The position numbers and the translations under genes are program-made. A model generated the notes under the pieces. That model searched no databases, had not been told where the DNA came from, and saw only the letters and a program-made list of their open reading frames with translations. Of a DNA stretch of 64,000 nucleotides, positions 28,922-38,071 are shown in pieces. Origin of the DNA: a bacterium (lineage in GTDB: Bacteria > UBA8248); contig OZ244799.1 of NCBI GenBank assembly GCA_965219955.1, positions 3,008,001 through 3,072,000 on the forward strand, given 5' to 3'. Position 1 is the stretch's first letter, and each line of letters starts with the position of its first letter.

Positions 28922-30703
28922 ATGAAGGTTCAAAAGGTGGGCGTCGTCGGTCTGGGAACGATGGGCTCGAACATCGCCATCGTATGCGCCCGCGGCGGCA
29001 AGGAGACGGTCGTGTTCGAGGCGAACGCGAAGGCCATGGAGGCCGGCATGGGGCGGGTGCGCTCGTTCTTGGACTCCGGCGTCGAGAAGGGCAAGACCAC
29101 CCCCGGGGAGAGAGACGCGATGATGGGCCGGATCACGCAGGCCGGTTCGCTCTCGAAACTCGAGGATTGCGAACTGGTGATCGAGGCCATCACCGAAGAC
29201 CGAGAGGAGAAGAACAAGCTGCTCCGCAGCCTGAACGCCGTTCTGGGCGACAGCGCCATCATCGCGTCCAACACGAGCACGCTCTCCATCTCCCACATGG
29301 GGGCGGCGTCGGGGCGGCCGGCCCGGACTATCGGCACCCACTTCTGCCTGCCGGCCGCGCTCAACAAGCTCGTGGAAGTCGTGCCCGGCCTGCTCACGAG
29401 CGATGAGACCGTGAGTGCGACGAGCGCCTTTCTGGAAGAAGTCGGGCAGACGCCCGTGACGGTCAAGGACTGGCCGGGCTTCGTGCTCAACTACTTCCTC
29501 GTGGCGTTCCAGAACGACTGCATCCGCCTGATCGAGTCGGGCTACACGAACCCGGCGGACCTGGACGCGGGCGTGCGGCTCGGCCTCGGCTACAGGATGG
29601 GCCCCATGCGCCTGCTCGACATCGAGGGGCTCGACATCCACCGCACGGTCTCGCTCTCGATGTACGAACAGTTGAAAGACCCGCGCTACATTCCCCCGCC
29701 GCTGGTGGACCGCATGATAGATGCGGGCCACTTGGGCGCGAAGACGGGCAAGGGGTTTTACACCTATAAATCCGCAGGACTATTCGGCGTCGCGGAACCC
29801 GAAGAAGACTCCGCGAACGCGCGCGACTTATCCCGCGGCCAGCCCATCGCGGACGCGGTGAAGAAAGTGGGCGTCATCGGCCTCGGCGCCATGGGGTCGG
29901 GCATCGCGCAGGTCTGCATCACCGCAGGGCTGGAAGTTACCGGCATAGAAGTAAACCCGGAGGCTCTCGAAGCGGGCCTCACCCGCATCCGCCGGAACCT
30001 GGACGGCGCGGTCAAGCGCGGAAAGATGGACGAAGCGCGGAAAGAGGAAACGCTGGCGCGCCTCGGCGGTTCGACCGACCTGGAGGCGCTTTCCGACTGC
30101 GACCTCATCATCGAGGTGATCGTGGAGAACCTGGGCGCCAAGCTCGAACTCTTCGAAAAGCTGGGAGAGATCGCGAAAGAAGGCGCCGTCATCGCTTCGA
30201 ACACCTCGTGCCTGTCGGTGACCGCCATGGCGGCGAAGACGAAAGCCCCCGAGCGCGTGGTGGGCCTCCACTTCTTCAACCCGCCCTACGCGATGCGGCT
30301 CGTCGAGGTGATCGAGGCCGTCCAGACGGCGCCCGAGATCACCGAGTTCGGAATCGCGTTCTGCAACCGCATCGGCAAGACGCCGATTCCCGTCAAGGAC
30401 AGGCCGGGGTTCCTGGTGAACCGCCTGCTCGTGCCCTATCTCAACCACGCCGCCCATGCGTTCGACGAAGGCCTCGCGGACAGGGAGAGCATGGACAAGG
30501 CCATCAGCATGGGGCTGGGACACCCGATGGGGCCGCTCACGCTCATCGACCTGGTGGGAATCGACGTGCAGACCTTCGTCGCCGATTCGATGGCCGAAGA
30601 GCTGGGCGAGGCGAGGTTCTACGCGCCGCCCATCCTGCGCCGGATGAACTCGGCGGGGTGGCTGGGGAGAAAGACGGGCAAGGGCTTTTATGACTACGAA
30701 TAG
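28922..30703 (+). CDS. 3-hydroxyacyl-CoA dehydrogenase with two complete tandem units
   Basis: Two GxGxMG, two ASNTS, THFCLP and LHFFNP, two PGFV/LxN, two MGP and two G(A/R)KTGKGFY motifs. Confidence 0.9.
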   Translation: MKVQKVGVVGLGTMGSNIAIVCARGGKETVVFEANAKAMEAGMGRVRSFLDSGVEKGKTTPGERDAMMGRITQAGSLSKLEDCELVIEAITEDREEKNKLLRSLNAVLGDSAIIASNTSTLSISHMGAASGRPARTIGTHFCLPAALNKLVEVVPGLLTSDETVSATSAFLEEVGQTPVTVKDWPGFVLNYFLVAFQNDCIRLIESGYTNPADLDAGVRLGLGYRMGPMRLLDIEGLDIHRTVSLSMYEQLKDPRYIPPPLVDRMIDAGHLGAKTGKGFYTYKSAGLFGVAEPEEDSANARDLSRGQPIADAVKKVGVIGLGAMGSGIAQVCITAGLEVTGIEVNPEALEAGLTRIRRNLDGAVKRGKMDEARKEETLARLGGSTDLEALSDCDLIIEVIVENLGAKLELFEKLGEIAKEGAVIASNTSCLSVTAMAAKTKAPERVVGLHFFNPPYAMRLVEVIEAVQTAPEITEFGIAFCNRIGKTPIPVKDRPGFLVNRLLVPYLNHAAHAFDEGLADRESMDKAISMGLGHPMGPLTLIDLVGIDVQTFVADSMAEELGEARFYAPPILRRMNSAGWLGRKTGKGFYDYE

Positions 30704-30776
30704 GCGCGCCCGCTAGCCGCCGCCCGGATTTCACGATGCGCATCGCCGCCGCGCCCATCGAACGGGGAGAGGAGCG

Positions 30777-31751
30777 ATGAGCCGCGCGTTCGCAAAACCC
30801 GTCGTCGTGGTGAGCAAGTGCCTGGAGTTCGAGGCCTGCCGCTACAACGGCGAGCGCATCTCCTCATCCTTCATCGAACGGCTCGAACCGCACGTGCGCT
30901 TCCGGCCCGTCTGCCCCGAGGTGGAGATCGGGCTGGGCACGCCGAGGGACCCGATACGAATCCATTTGCAACGCGAGCGGAAGGTCCTCTACCAGCCGAG
31001 CACGCGCAAACACCTGACTCAGGACATGAACGCCTTCGCCGAGAAATTCCTGGGGAGCCTCGAAGAAGTCGACGGCTTTATTCTCAAGGCGAAATCCCCG
31101 TCGTGTGCGATCGACGACGCGAAGATATTCCCCACAGCTGCTTCCGCGAACCATACCGCCCTGGGGGCGGGCCTGTTCGCAGGGGCCGTGCTCGAAGCGT
31201 TCGGCTCCCGCGCTTTCGCCGACGAGGCCGGCCTGAACGAACTGAGCGTTCGCACAGCTTTCCTCACCAAAATCTTCGCGCTCGCCAGTTTCAGGGAAGC
31301 CAGGGAATCCGGCCGCGCCGCCCGCCTCGTCCGCTACCACGCGGAGAACAAGCTGCTGTTCATGGCCTACGACCAATCGACAATGCGCGAGATGGGCCGA
31401 ATCACAGCGAATCACGAAAAACATGAGTTCAGCGAGGCCGCCGCCCGATACGAGGACGCGCTCTCAAGGCTCCTCGCCCGTCCGCCCGGCCAAGCCTCAT
31501 GGGTGAACGCCCTCACCCACGCGATGGGGCATCTATCTGAGAAAATCAGCAGAGAAGAAAAGAAGCGCTTTCTCGATGCGCTGGAAGAATACCGAGAGGG
31601 GAGAATCCTGCTGGATAGGCCGCTTGATATGCTTCGGAAGTGGAGCGAGTGTTTCGGCTCCGAATATCTGGAGGGGCAGACCATTTTCGAACCCTTTCCG
31701 AGGGTGTTGGGGGTCAATCGCGACCGAGGAGGGAGCGATTGCTCCGATTGA
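30777..31751 (+). CDS. DUF523 (2-thiouracil desulfurase-like) + DUF1722 protein
   Basis: VSKCL...CRYNG, VCPEVEIGLGTPR and KSPSC; C-terminal NALTHAMG and YLEGQT. Confidence 0.85.
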   Translation: MSRAFAKPVVVVSKCLEFEACRYNGERISSSFIERLEPHVRFRPVCPEVEIGLGTPRDPIRIHLQRERKVLYQPSTRKHLTQDMNAFAEKFLGSLEEVDGFILKAKSPSCAIDDAKIFPTAASANHTALGAGLFAGAVLEAFGSRAFADEAGLNELSVRTAFLTKIFALASFREARESGRAARLVRYHAENKLLFMAYDQSTMREMGRITANHEKHEFSEAAARYEDALSRLLARPPGQASWVNALTHAMGHLSEKISREEKKRFLDALEEYREGRILLDRPLDMLRKWSECFGSEYLEGQTIFEPFPRVLGVNRDRGGSDCSD

Positions 31752-31791
31752 AGAAGGGACTGCGGCTCACCCACGAAAAGGGAAAAGCCCT

Positions 31792-31820
31792 CGTAGGGGC
31801 GGCTCGCGAGCCGCCCTTGC
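31792..31820 (+). repeat. GTAG-type REP palindrome
   Basis: CGTAGGGGCGGCTCGCGAGCCGCCCTTGC; exact reverse complement at 34195-34223. Confidence 0.85.
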
Positions 31821-31933
31821 AAAAAACAACGCTTCCGCATTTACTCCATTCACTTCGGGCGTGAACAACTACTGGCGTCTACAGGGTATAATCGTTAGGA
31901 TGCCCGGATAAGTCGATGGAGGAATTACACCCG

Positions 31934-33064
31934 ATGAGCGGAACAACGATTGAGTCCGTGCATATCCGCGGTTTCAGATCTTTAGCGAACGTCGAGGTGA
32001 CCAATATACCCAATGCCGCCGTCTTCATCGGCGCGAACGGCTCGGGAAAATCCAACTTCATCCGCTTTTTCGAAATGTTGAGTTGGATGCTGGGTCCACG
32101 CCGCCTCGCCGAGTTCGTCAAAATACAGGGAGGCGCCGACGACCAACTCTTCGGCGGCAACCGTGTTACCTCATACATAGCAGCCGAAATCAGGATGCGG
32201 ACCGAAAAAGGCAGGAACGATTATCGGCTTAAGCTCTCCTATGGGCGAGACGATAGCTTATTTTTCAAAGAGGAGTGCTTTCGATTCAACGGAAACGACC
32301 ATAAGGGTGAGGCTCCATGGTACCCCTTGGAAAGTACGCACAAAGAAGCCAATATCGTCGAGGCGTCACAAGCCGTCGAACCTCAGGATTTCAACCCTAC
32401 AACCGCACGAGTTATTGTGAATCTGCTCCGAAAGTGTTCCGTCTATCAATTTCATGACACGTCTGACAATTCCAATTTCAACAAAAGTTGGGATGTTACA
32501 GACAATAACTATCTACGCTCTCACGGCGGCAACCTGGCGGCCATTCTTCATCGCCTGGAGCGAGAGGACATAAAGAGATTCGAGCGGATCAACAAGCAGA
32601 TAAGCCGGATTTTGCCCGTATTCGACCGTTTCGATATCGAGGAAAGCTACGGAAAAGTCATGCTGCGGTGGAAAGCCAAGGGTACGGACAAGACCTTCGG
32701 CGCGCACCTCACCTCCGACGGTTCGCTGCGGTTCTTCGCCCTGGCGACGCTGCTCAACCTGCCTTACGGGATGTTGCCCGACGTGCTCTTGTTGGACGAG
32801 CCGGAACTGGGCCTTCACCCGGCGGCCGTCTCCCTTGTAGGCGGCATGATAAAGAGCCTAGCCGTGGACAGGCAGATAATCGTGGCGACGCAATCTCCCT
32901 TGTTCGTCGATTCATTCGACCTTGAAGAGATTTTCGTTCTGGAACTGCAGGATGGACAGACGAAATTCCGTAAACTCAAGCCGGACGATTACCAATCGTG
33001 GCTGGATGACAGCTTCACTCCGGGCGAACTATGGCAGAAAAACCTGCTCGGAGGACGTCCTTGA
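31934..33064 (+). CDS. ABC-type (AAA_21-like) ATPase
   Basis: GFRSL, GANGSGKSN Walker A, SDGSLR signature, LLDEPELGLHP Walker B/D-loop and VATQSP. Confidence 0.9.
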   Translation: MSGTTIESVHIRGFRSLANVEVTNIPNAAVFIGANGSGKSNFIRFFEMLSWMLGPRRLAEFVKIQGGADDQLFGGNRVTSYIAAEIRMRTEKGRNDYRLKLSYGRDDSLFFKEECFRFNGNDHKGEAPWYPLESTHKEANIVEASQAVEPQDFNPTTARVIVNLLRKCSVYQFHDTSDNSNFNKSWDVTDNNYLRSHGGNLAAILHRLEREDIKRFERINKQISRILPVFDRFDIEESYGKVMLRWKAKGTDKTFGAHLTSDGSLRFFALATLLNLPYGMLPDVLLLDEPELGLHPAAVSLVGGMIKSLAVDRQIIVATQSPLFVDSFDLEEIFVLELQDGQTKFRKLKPDDYQSWLDDSFTPGELWQKNLLGGRP

Positions 33065-33723
33065 TCCGACTCGCCATATCCGTCGAGGGACAGACGGAAG
33101 AAGAATTCGTCAAACAGGTTCTCGCGGGACATCTTCGAACAAAGGGAGTGGAGCCGACACCGATTCTGCTTGGCCGCGCCCGAGGCCGCTTCGGCGGAGG
33201 AAATGTTTCCGTGGATCGGCTCGCACCGGAAATGATTCATTTGCTCCATTCCTTCGATGTCGTAACTTCGCTCGTCGACTTGTATGGATTTCGCGGCAGG
33301 GGATCGATGAATCGTGAAGAATTGGAGCAACACATACATGAAGCAGTCGTCAGGAAAATGAATCTTTCCCGGAATCAATCAGGAATATTTCCGTACGTTC
33401 AACAGTATGAATTCGAGGGACTCCTGTTCTCCGAGGTGGAAACTTTTGAAAAAGCGATTACAACAATTGAAATACCGAAAGAATCCATTGAGAAATTACG
33501 GCGTATACGCGAGCAATTTCCGACTCCTGAGGACATCAACGACAACCCCGAGACGGCTCCGAGCAAACGGATTATGCAACTCATACCCCGCTACATAAAA
33601 AGAGTCCATGGCCCTTTGTTAGCCGAGGAAACCGGATTGGAAACCATCCGCGCCGAATGCCCGCTTTTCGATGGGTGGGTGAAGCGCCTCGAATCTCTTG
33701 GTAATCCGACGGAGTCTGGATAA
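33061..33723 (+). CDS. DUF4276-family (TOPRIM-like) protein
   Basis: VEGQTEEEF, VDLYG, YEFEGLLFS, PEDIND...APSKR and CPLFDGW motifs; TTGA overlap with the ATPase stop. Confidence 0.82.
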   Translation: MIRLAISVEGQTEEEFVKQVLAGHLRTKGVEPTPILLGRARGRFGGGNVSVDRLAPEMIHLLHSFDVVTSLVDLYGFRGRGSMNREELEQHIHEAVVRKMNLSRNQSGIFPYVQQYEFEGLLFSEVETFEKAITTIEIPKESIEKLRRIREQFPTPEDINDNPETAPSKRIMQLIPRYIKRVHGPLLAEETGLETIRAECPLFDGWVKRLESLGNPTESG

Positions 33724-34194
33724 GCGAACGGGAGAAGTCTCCTCTCTAAATTCTTTACGCTCGCTCGAAACAATTCGTCGTTATCCAAGTTGCGCCGGAC
33801 GCAAATTGATACCCTGCCTGCGTGTGAATCGTTAAGGAATTACCGACAAAGACTCCGGGGACGTAACAGGAATTTGTTTCAAGTCTATCTTCGATTCACA
33901 AACACCCATTACACCTCAACGACGTGAATTTCACCCGATAGTGTTCCCCAAAAAAGCAAAATGCCTTTCCCCTATCGGGTGCATCCCCGCATTTCTCCGC
34001 ATTTGCCGTTATCGCCTCTCATCGCGATGCGTCAGAATCTCATCCGGGAAAGGCGGACTCCGATGGACACGAACTATAAGAAAAAGCGAAAACGGCGCTT
34101 CGTTCCTCACCGGGGAGCACCGGCTCCTTCGCGCCGGCGGGCGACTCCCCTCTCCGGTGGAAAATGACAGCGGAATGAAGGTGCCCTCAAAAGA

Positions 34195-34223
34195 GCAAGG
34201 GCGGCTCGCGAGCCGCCCCTACG
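34195..34223 (-). repeat. GTAG-type REP palindrome (inverted partner)
   Basis: 29-bp exact reverse complement of 31792-31820. Confidence 0.85.
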
Positions 34224-34335
34224 GAAGAACAAAATCTTGCGAAGGCGCAATCTCTCCTCCCTCTTCGGGAGCGACTAACCTCCGGCAACTACTCGATGGG
34301 CTGGATTATAAGCTACAGGATTAAATGCAGATAAA

Positions 34336-34409
34336 TTGCATTCTTATCCGAAAAAATGTTATATTTTTTCAAATTAACCTTTTTCTTGACATATTAAATA
34401 TCAAGAAAA
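34336..34409 (+). promoter_or_regulatory. Putative sigma70 promoter with two overlapping/adjacent palindromes
   Basis: TTGCAT (34336) and TGnTATATT (-10 at 34360). Palindromes GAAAAAAT-N5-ATTTTTTC (34350-34370) and TTTTCTTGA-N11-TCAAGAAAA (34381-34409) lie next to the AAGGAG RBS. Confidence 0.55.
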
Positions 34410-34422
34410 GGAGATAATTGTC

Positions 34423-35691
34423 ATGTTGCTCCGCTTCGGCGTTTCCAACCATCTCTCGATACGAGATTACCAGGAATTGTCACTTTCGGCGTCTTCGCTG
34501 AAGGAGCGGCAAGAAGAGCTTATTGATTGCGAGGCGGCTCCGAACGGATCGGTTTTGCCGGTGATCGTCATCTACGGCGCAAATGCGTCGGGCAAGAGCA
34601 ACCTCGTCGACGCGATAAGCACCATGCGGGGCATGGTGTTGCTGTCTCAAACCAAGGGGGAGCCGGGCGGCGGCGTGCCCCACCATCCTTTCAGGCTCGA
34701 TGACGACAGCCCTAAGTCGCCGTCTCGTTTCGATATCGATTTTCTCATCGACGGCGTGCGGCACCACTACGGCTTCGAGGTCTCAGACTCTGCGTTCGAA
34801 TCCGAATGGCTGTACGTCTTCCCCAAGTCCCATCGCCAGACGTTGTTCGAGCGCACCGGCGATGAATTCCACTTCGGCCGCGGCTTGAAGGGACAAAACA
34901 GAGTTATCGCCCGCTTGACGAGACCCAACAGCCTCTTCGTTTCCGCGGCGGCCCAGAACGGCCACGAGCAACTTTCACAAGTGTTCTCTTATTTTCGCTC
35001 GATACGCGGGGACCGAAATACCGCCGCCAATGAGGAGGAAGTTTCAGAGCGATTTACCGGCAAAGAACTGGACGGCCGAGTGATCGACTTCCTCGGAAAA
35101 ATTGATACTGGAGTCATTGACTACCGCCTAAGCGAAACCGAACTTTCGGAAAAGCACTTAGGGATTCCGCGGGAATTTTTCACGCAGCTTGCGAAGCAAA
35201 CCGGTGAAGAACCACCCAAGTGGGCCACCATTGAATTAGCCCATCGCGGGCGGGGTGATGCGCCGTTTTATCTCGATATGGAAAGAGAAAGCGCCGGGAC
35301 GCGGCGGCTATTGATCGTGCTTGCTCTCGCATTTCACGCGCTCGATGAAGGCGCGCCTTTGTTCATCGACGAACTCGACGCCAGTCTGCACACGCAGGCC
35401 GCCGAGGCGGTATTAAATCTATTCTGTTCGCGGGAGACGAATCCCAAGGGCGCGCAACTCATCGCAACGACTCACGACACCAATCTGCTGGCCTCGCCCC
35501 TGCTTCGGCGTGATGAAGTCTGGTTCACTCAAAAAGAACCAGACGGCGCGACCCGACTCTATCCCTTGACCGACATCCGAACCCGCAGGGGCGACAACAT
35601 CGAGAAAGGATACCTCCAGGGCCGCTACGGTGGAATTCCCTTCATCGATTCCATCACGGCTACCGGTTCTACTCTTGGCGCGTCGAACTAG
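34423..35691 (+). CDS. RloA/AbiLi-like ABC ATPase
   Basis: YGANASGKSN, ESAGTRR, IDELDASLH, IATTHD, RRDEVWF and YLQGRYGGIP motifs. Confidence 0.88.
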   Translation: MLLRFGVSNHLSIRDYQELSLSASSLKERQEELIDCEAAPNGSVLPVIVIYGANASGKSNLVDAISTMRGMVLLSQTKGEPGGGVPHHPFRLDDDSPKSPSRFDIDFLIDGVRHHYGFEVSDSAFESEWLYVFPKSHRQTLFERTGDEFHFGRGLKGQNRVIARLTRPNSLFVSAAAQNGHEQLSQVFSYFRSIRGDRNTAANEEEVSERFTGKELDGRVIDFLGKIDTGVIDYRLSETELSEKHLGIPREFFTQLAKQTGEEPPKWATIELAHRGRGDAPFYLDMERESAGTRRLLIVLALAFHALDEGAPLFIDELDASLHTQAAEAVLNLFCSRETNPKGAQLIATTHDTNLLASPLLRRDEVWFTQKEPDGATRLYPLTDIRTRRGDNIEKGYLQGRYGGIPFIDSITATGSTLGASN

Positions 35692-36352
35692 GGCCGCCAA
35701 ACGCGCCTCGCCGAACCTGAGGCGTCACCGTCATCGGCGGGAGCCGAAGCGGCGGTTCATTCTGTTTTGCGAGGGAGAGAGGACGGAACCCGCCTATCTT
35801 GGCGCGATCAGCCGCGTCTACAGAGGCGCTCTCATCTCCGTCGAAATAGTCCCCGCCGTGGGCGTTCCTTACACCATCGCGGAAAAAGCCGTCGAGCGCG
35901 CCCGAATTCTGGGACTCGACCGGCGCAGTCGGAGAAAAAGGGATTCGTTCGAGGAAAACGACCAGGTCTGGGCTGTGTTCGATAGAGACGAACATCCTAA
36001 TTTCGACGAAGCGATTGTGCTTTGCGAACGAGGCGGCGTCCACGTCGGCCGCTCCAACCCGTGTTTCGAGCTTTGGCTGATCCTGCACGAGAAGGATTAC
36101 GACCGGGCAGAAAGTCGCCATGAGATGCAGAAGATACTCGCAACCCTACGACGAGAATATGACAGAGACTCCGGGAAAACACCCGACTGCGACGAGATGA
36201 TCGACCGAGTAAAAGATGCCGAAGAGCGGAGTGAAAGGCAACTTCAAAACCGTGAACAGGGGGGTAATCCATACGGGAATCCTTCGACAACCGTGGGCCG
36301 TCTGACCCGCGCGATTCGCGAAGCCGCAAAGCTCGCGGGGGGGTTGACGTGA
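35675..36352 (+). CDS. RloB-family (TOPRIM-like) protein
   Basis: FCEGERTEPAY, VWAVFDRD, SNPCFELWLILH and NPSTTV motifs. Confidence 0.88.
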   Translation: MARRTRAAKRASPNLRRHRHRREPKRRFILFCEGERTEPAYLGAISRVYRGALISVEIVPAVGVPYTIAEKAVERARILGLDRRSRRKRDSFEENDQVWAVFDRDEHPNFDEAIVLCERGGVHVGRSNPCFELWLILHEKDYDRAESRHEMQKILATLRREYDRDSGKTPDCDEMIDRVKDAEERSERQLQNREQGGNPYGNPSTTVGRLTRAIREAAKLAGGLT

Positions 36353-36901
36353 CGATGTCTACTATTTTCACCACCAAAGATAAATCGGCGGAGGCGGACT
36401 CGAAATCATTTTTCTGCGTTTTTTGATTTACCCTTCACTCATTCCAACTCAACAACATCAATTTCTCTCGAAAGCATTCTAAAAGTCGGGTTATGGATTT
36501 TTCTCCAACCAAGCCCTCAGCCCGCATTTCCCCGCAATTGCCGTACTCTCTGAAACAACGGATTCCGGTATCGTGCGCGCGGCGAAGGAAAGCAGTAATC
36601 GCCGCCCACGCGCCGTCATCAAAAAGGGGCGGGAATCTCTTCGAGGAGAGAAATCATGCTCATGGATGCAAGGATAACAGCGATAATGAAAATAATCATA
36701 TTTCCCGTAAATATGTATAAATTCACGGGGTTTTTCGATAAATTCCTGAAAATTATTATCCGTTTAACCGATTTTAATACAATGAGTTATCATCTAAATC
36801 TAAGCGTCTTACACTTAGATTCGGCGGCAAAAAAAGTTATTCGCCTCCCGCGCATTTGCCCGCAACTGCCCGCATTTGGGTGCGGCGCCATCCCTCCCTC
36901 C

Positions 36902-37804
36902 TCAGTCGGGATTGTCAATCCTCGACGGCAGGCCCCCCATCTCGCGCAGCACCTCGTAGAAGGCGACGGTGTCCTCTTCCGCGTAGCCCCGCTCGTAGGC
37001 CATCTGCAGGACCTGCGACCAGATGTTCGTGAACAGCATGGGCGAGCCGTGGAGCTGACCCTGCTCCAGCATGAGGCGCGAATCCTTGAGGGAGGTCTTC
37101 ACCTGGCCCTGTTTCGAGTAATCCGCGTGAATCATCTTGGGGCCCTTGTCTACCATCGTCTTGGAGGAACACGCGCCGTCTTTCAGCACCTCCAGCAGGG
37201 TGTCCATCTCGAGGCCCACCTTCGTGCCGAGCATCAGCCCCTCCGCCAGGGCGAGCCGGTTGCCCGCCAGGATCATGTTGATGACGAGCTTCGTCCGCGC
37301 GCCCGAGCCCACCGGCCCCATGTGGTAGGCCGCCCGGCTGAAGCCCGCGAAAACGGCGCGGCAGGCGTCGAAATCCTCCGTCTCGCCGCCCGCGATGACC
37401 ACCAGATCCTTCGCCACCGCCATCGTGCTCGTCCCGCTCACGGCGGAATCGAGAAAGCGGACCCCCCGCCCGGCCAAGTCCCCGGCGAGGCGAACCGAGT
37501 CCTCGGGACGCGAGGTCGTCGTGTCGAGCAGGTAGAGGCCCTCTTTCGCGCCCTCGGCGATGCCCGCCGCGCCGAAAACGGCCTCCCGCGCGACGTCGCT
37601 GGTGGGCAGGGAGGTGATCACGAAGTTCACGCCGGCGGCGGCTGCCGCGGGCGTCTCGACGGGATGGCCGCCTTGTTCGCTTAAGTCGTCCATGCGCGCG
37701 GGGTCCACGTCGAAGCCCTGCACCTCGAAACCCGTCTCCCGCATGTTCTTGATGAAAGCCTGGCCCATCAGCCCCATGCCCACGATACCCACGCGTTGCG
37801 ACAT
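36902..37804 (-). CDS. NAD(P)-dependent oxidoreductase, 3-hydroxyisobutyrate dehydrogenase family
   Basis: VGMGLMG, FLDSAVSG, TKLVIN and LKDSRL motifs. Confidence 0.85.
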   Translation of the reverse strand: MSQRVGIVGMGLMGQAFIKNMRETGFEVQGFDVDPARMDDLSEQGGHPVETPAAAAAGVNFVITSLPTSDVAREAVFGAAGIAEGAKEGLYLLDTTTSRPEDSVRLAGDLAGRGVRFLDSAVSGTSTMAVAKDLVVIAGGETEDFDACRAVFAGFSRAAYHMGPVGSGARTKLVINMILAGNRLALAEGLMLGTKVGLEMDTLLEVLKDGACSSKTMVDKGPKMIHADYSKQGQVKTSLKDSRLMLEQGQLHGSPMLFTNIWSQVLQMAYERGYAEEDTVAFYEVLREMGGLPSRIDNPD

Positions 37805-37958
37805 CTTTCTCTCTCCTATGATGGCGATGAATTTCGCTCCCTTTTAGGGCTTTCTCATCCCAAGGACAAGCGCCCCGGCGAGCGGTTCGGATCTTGCGGC
37901 GCGCCTTACCCGTTGACGGCGCTTTCAGAACCATCCCAAGCCGTTGTATTCTCTCGTT

Positions 37959-38055
37959 GGGAGCGCATCGGTGCTGGTGTGCCGCCTGGACTTCAAATCC
38001 AGTGGACGGGGCTAATCACTTCGTCGGTGGGTTCGACTCCCACGCGTTCCCGCCA
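37959..38055 (+). tRNA. selC: tRNA-Sec (anticodon TCA)
   Basis: 8-bp acceptor stem GGGAGCGC/GCGTTCCC plus GCCA, anticodon arm CTGGA-CTTCAAA-TCCAG, long variable arm, T arm GTGGG-TTCGACT-CCCAC; 97 nt. Confidence 0.95.
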
Positions 38056-38071
38056 TTTCGCACCCGAAACA

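Noticed and set aside
33986-36880. Phased motifs as integron attC sites
   Set aside because: No RYYYAAC/GTTRRRY boxes, no long imperfect hairpin and no intI gene.
31792-38055. Defence-like region as a selC-integrated genomic island
   Set aside because: It lies upstream of the tRNA and is separated from it by a metabolic gene; no integrase or att duplication is seen.
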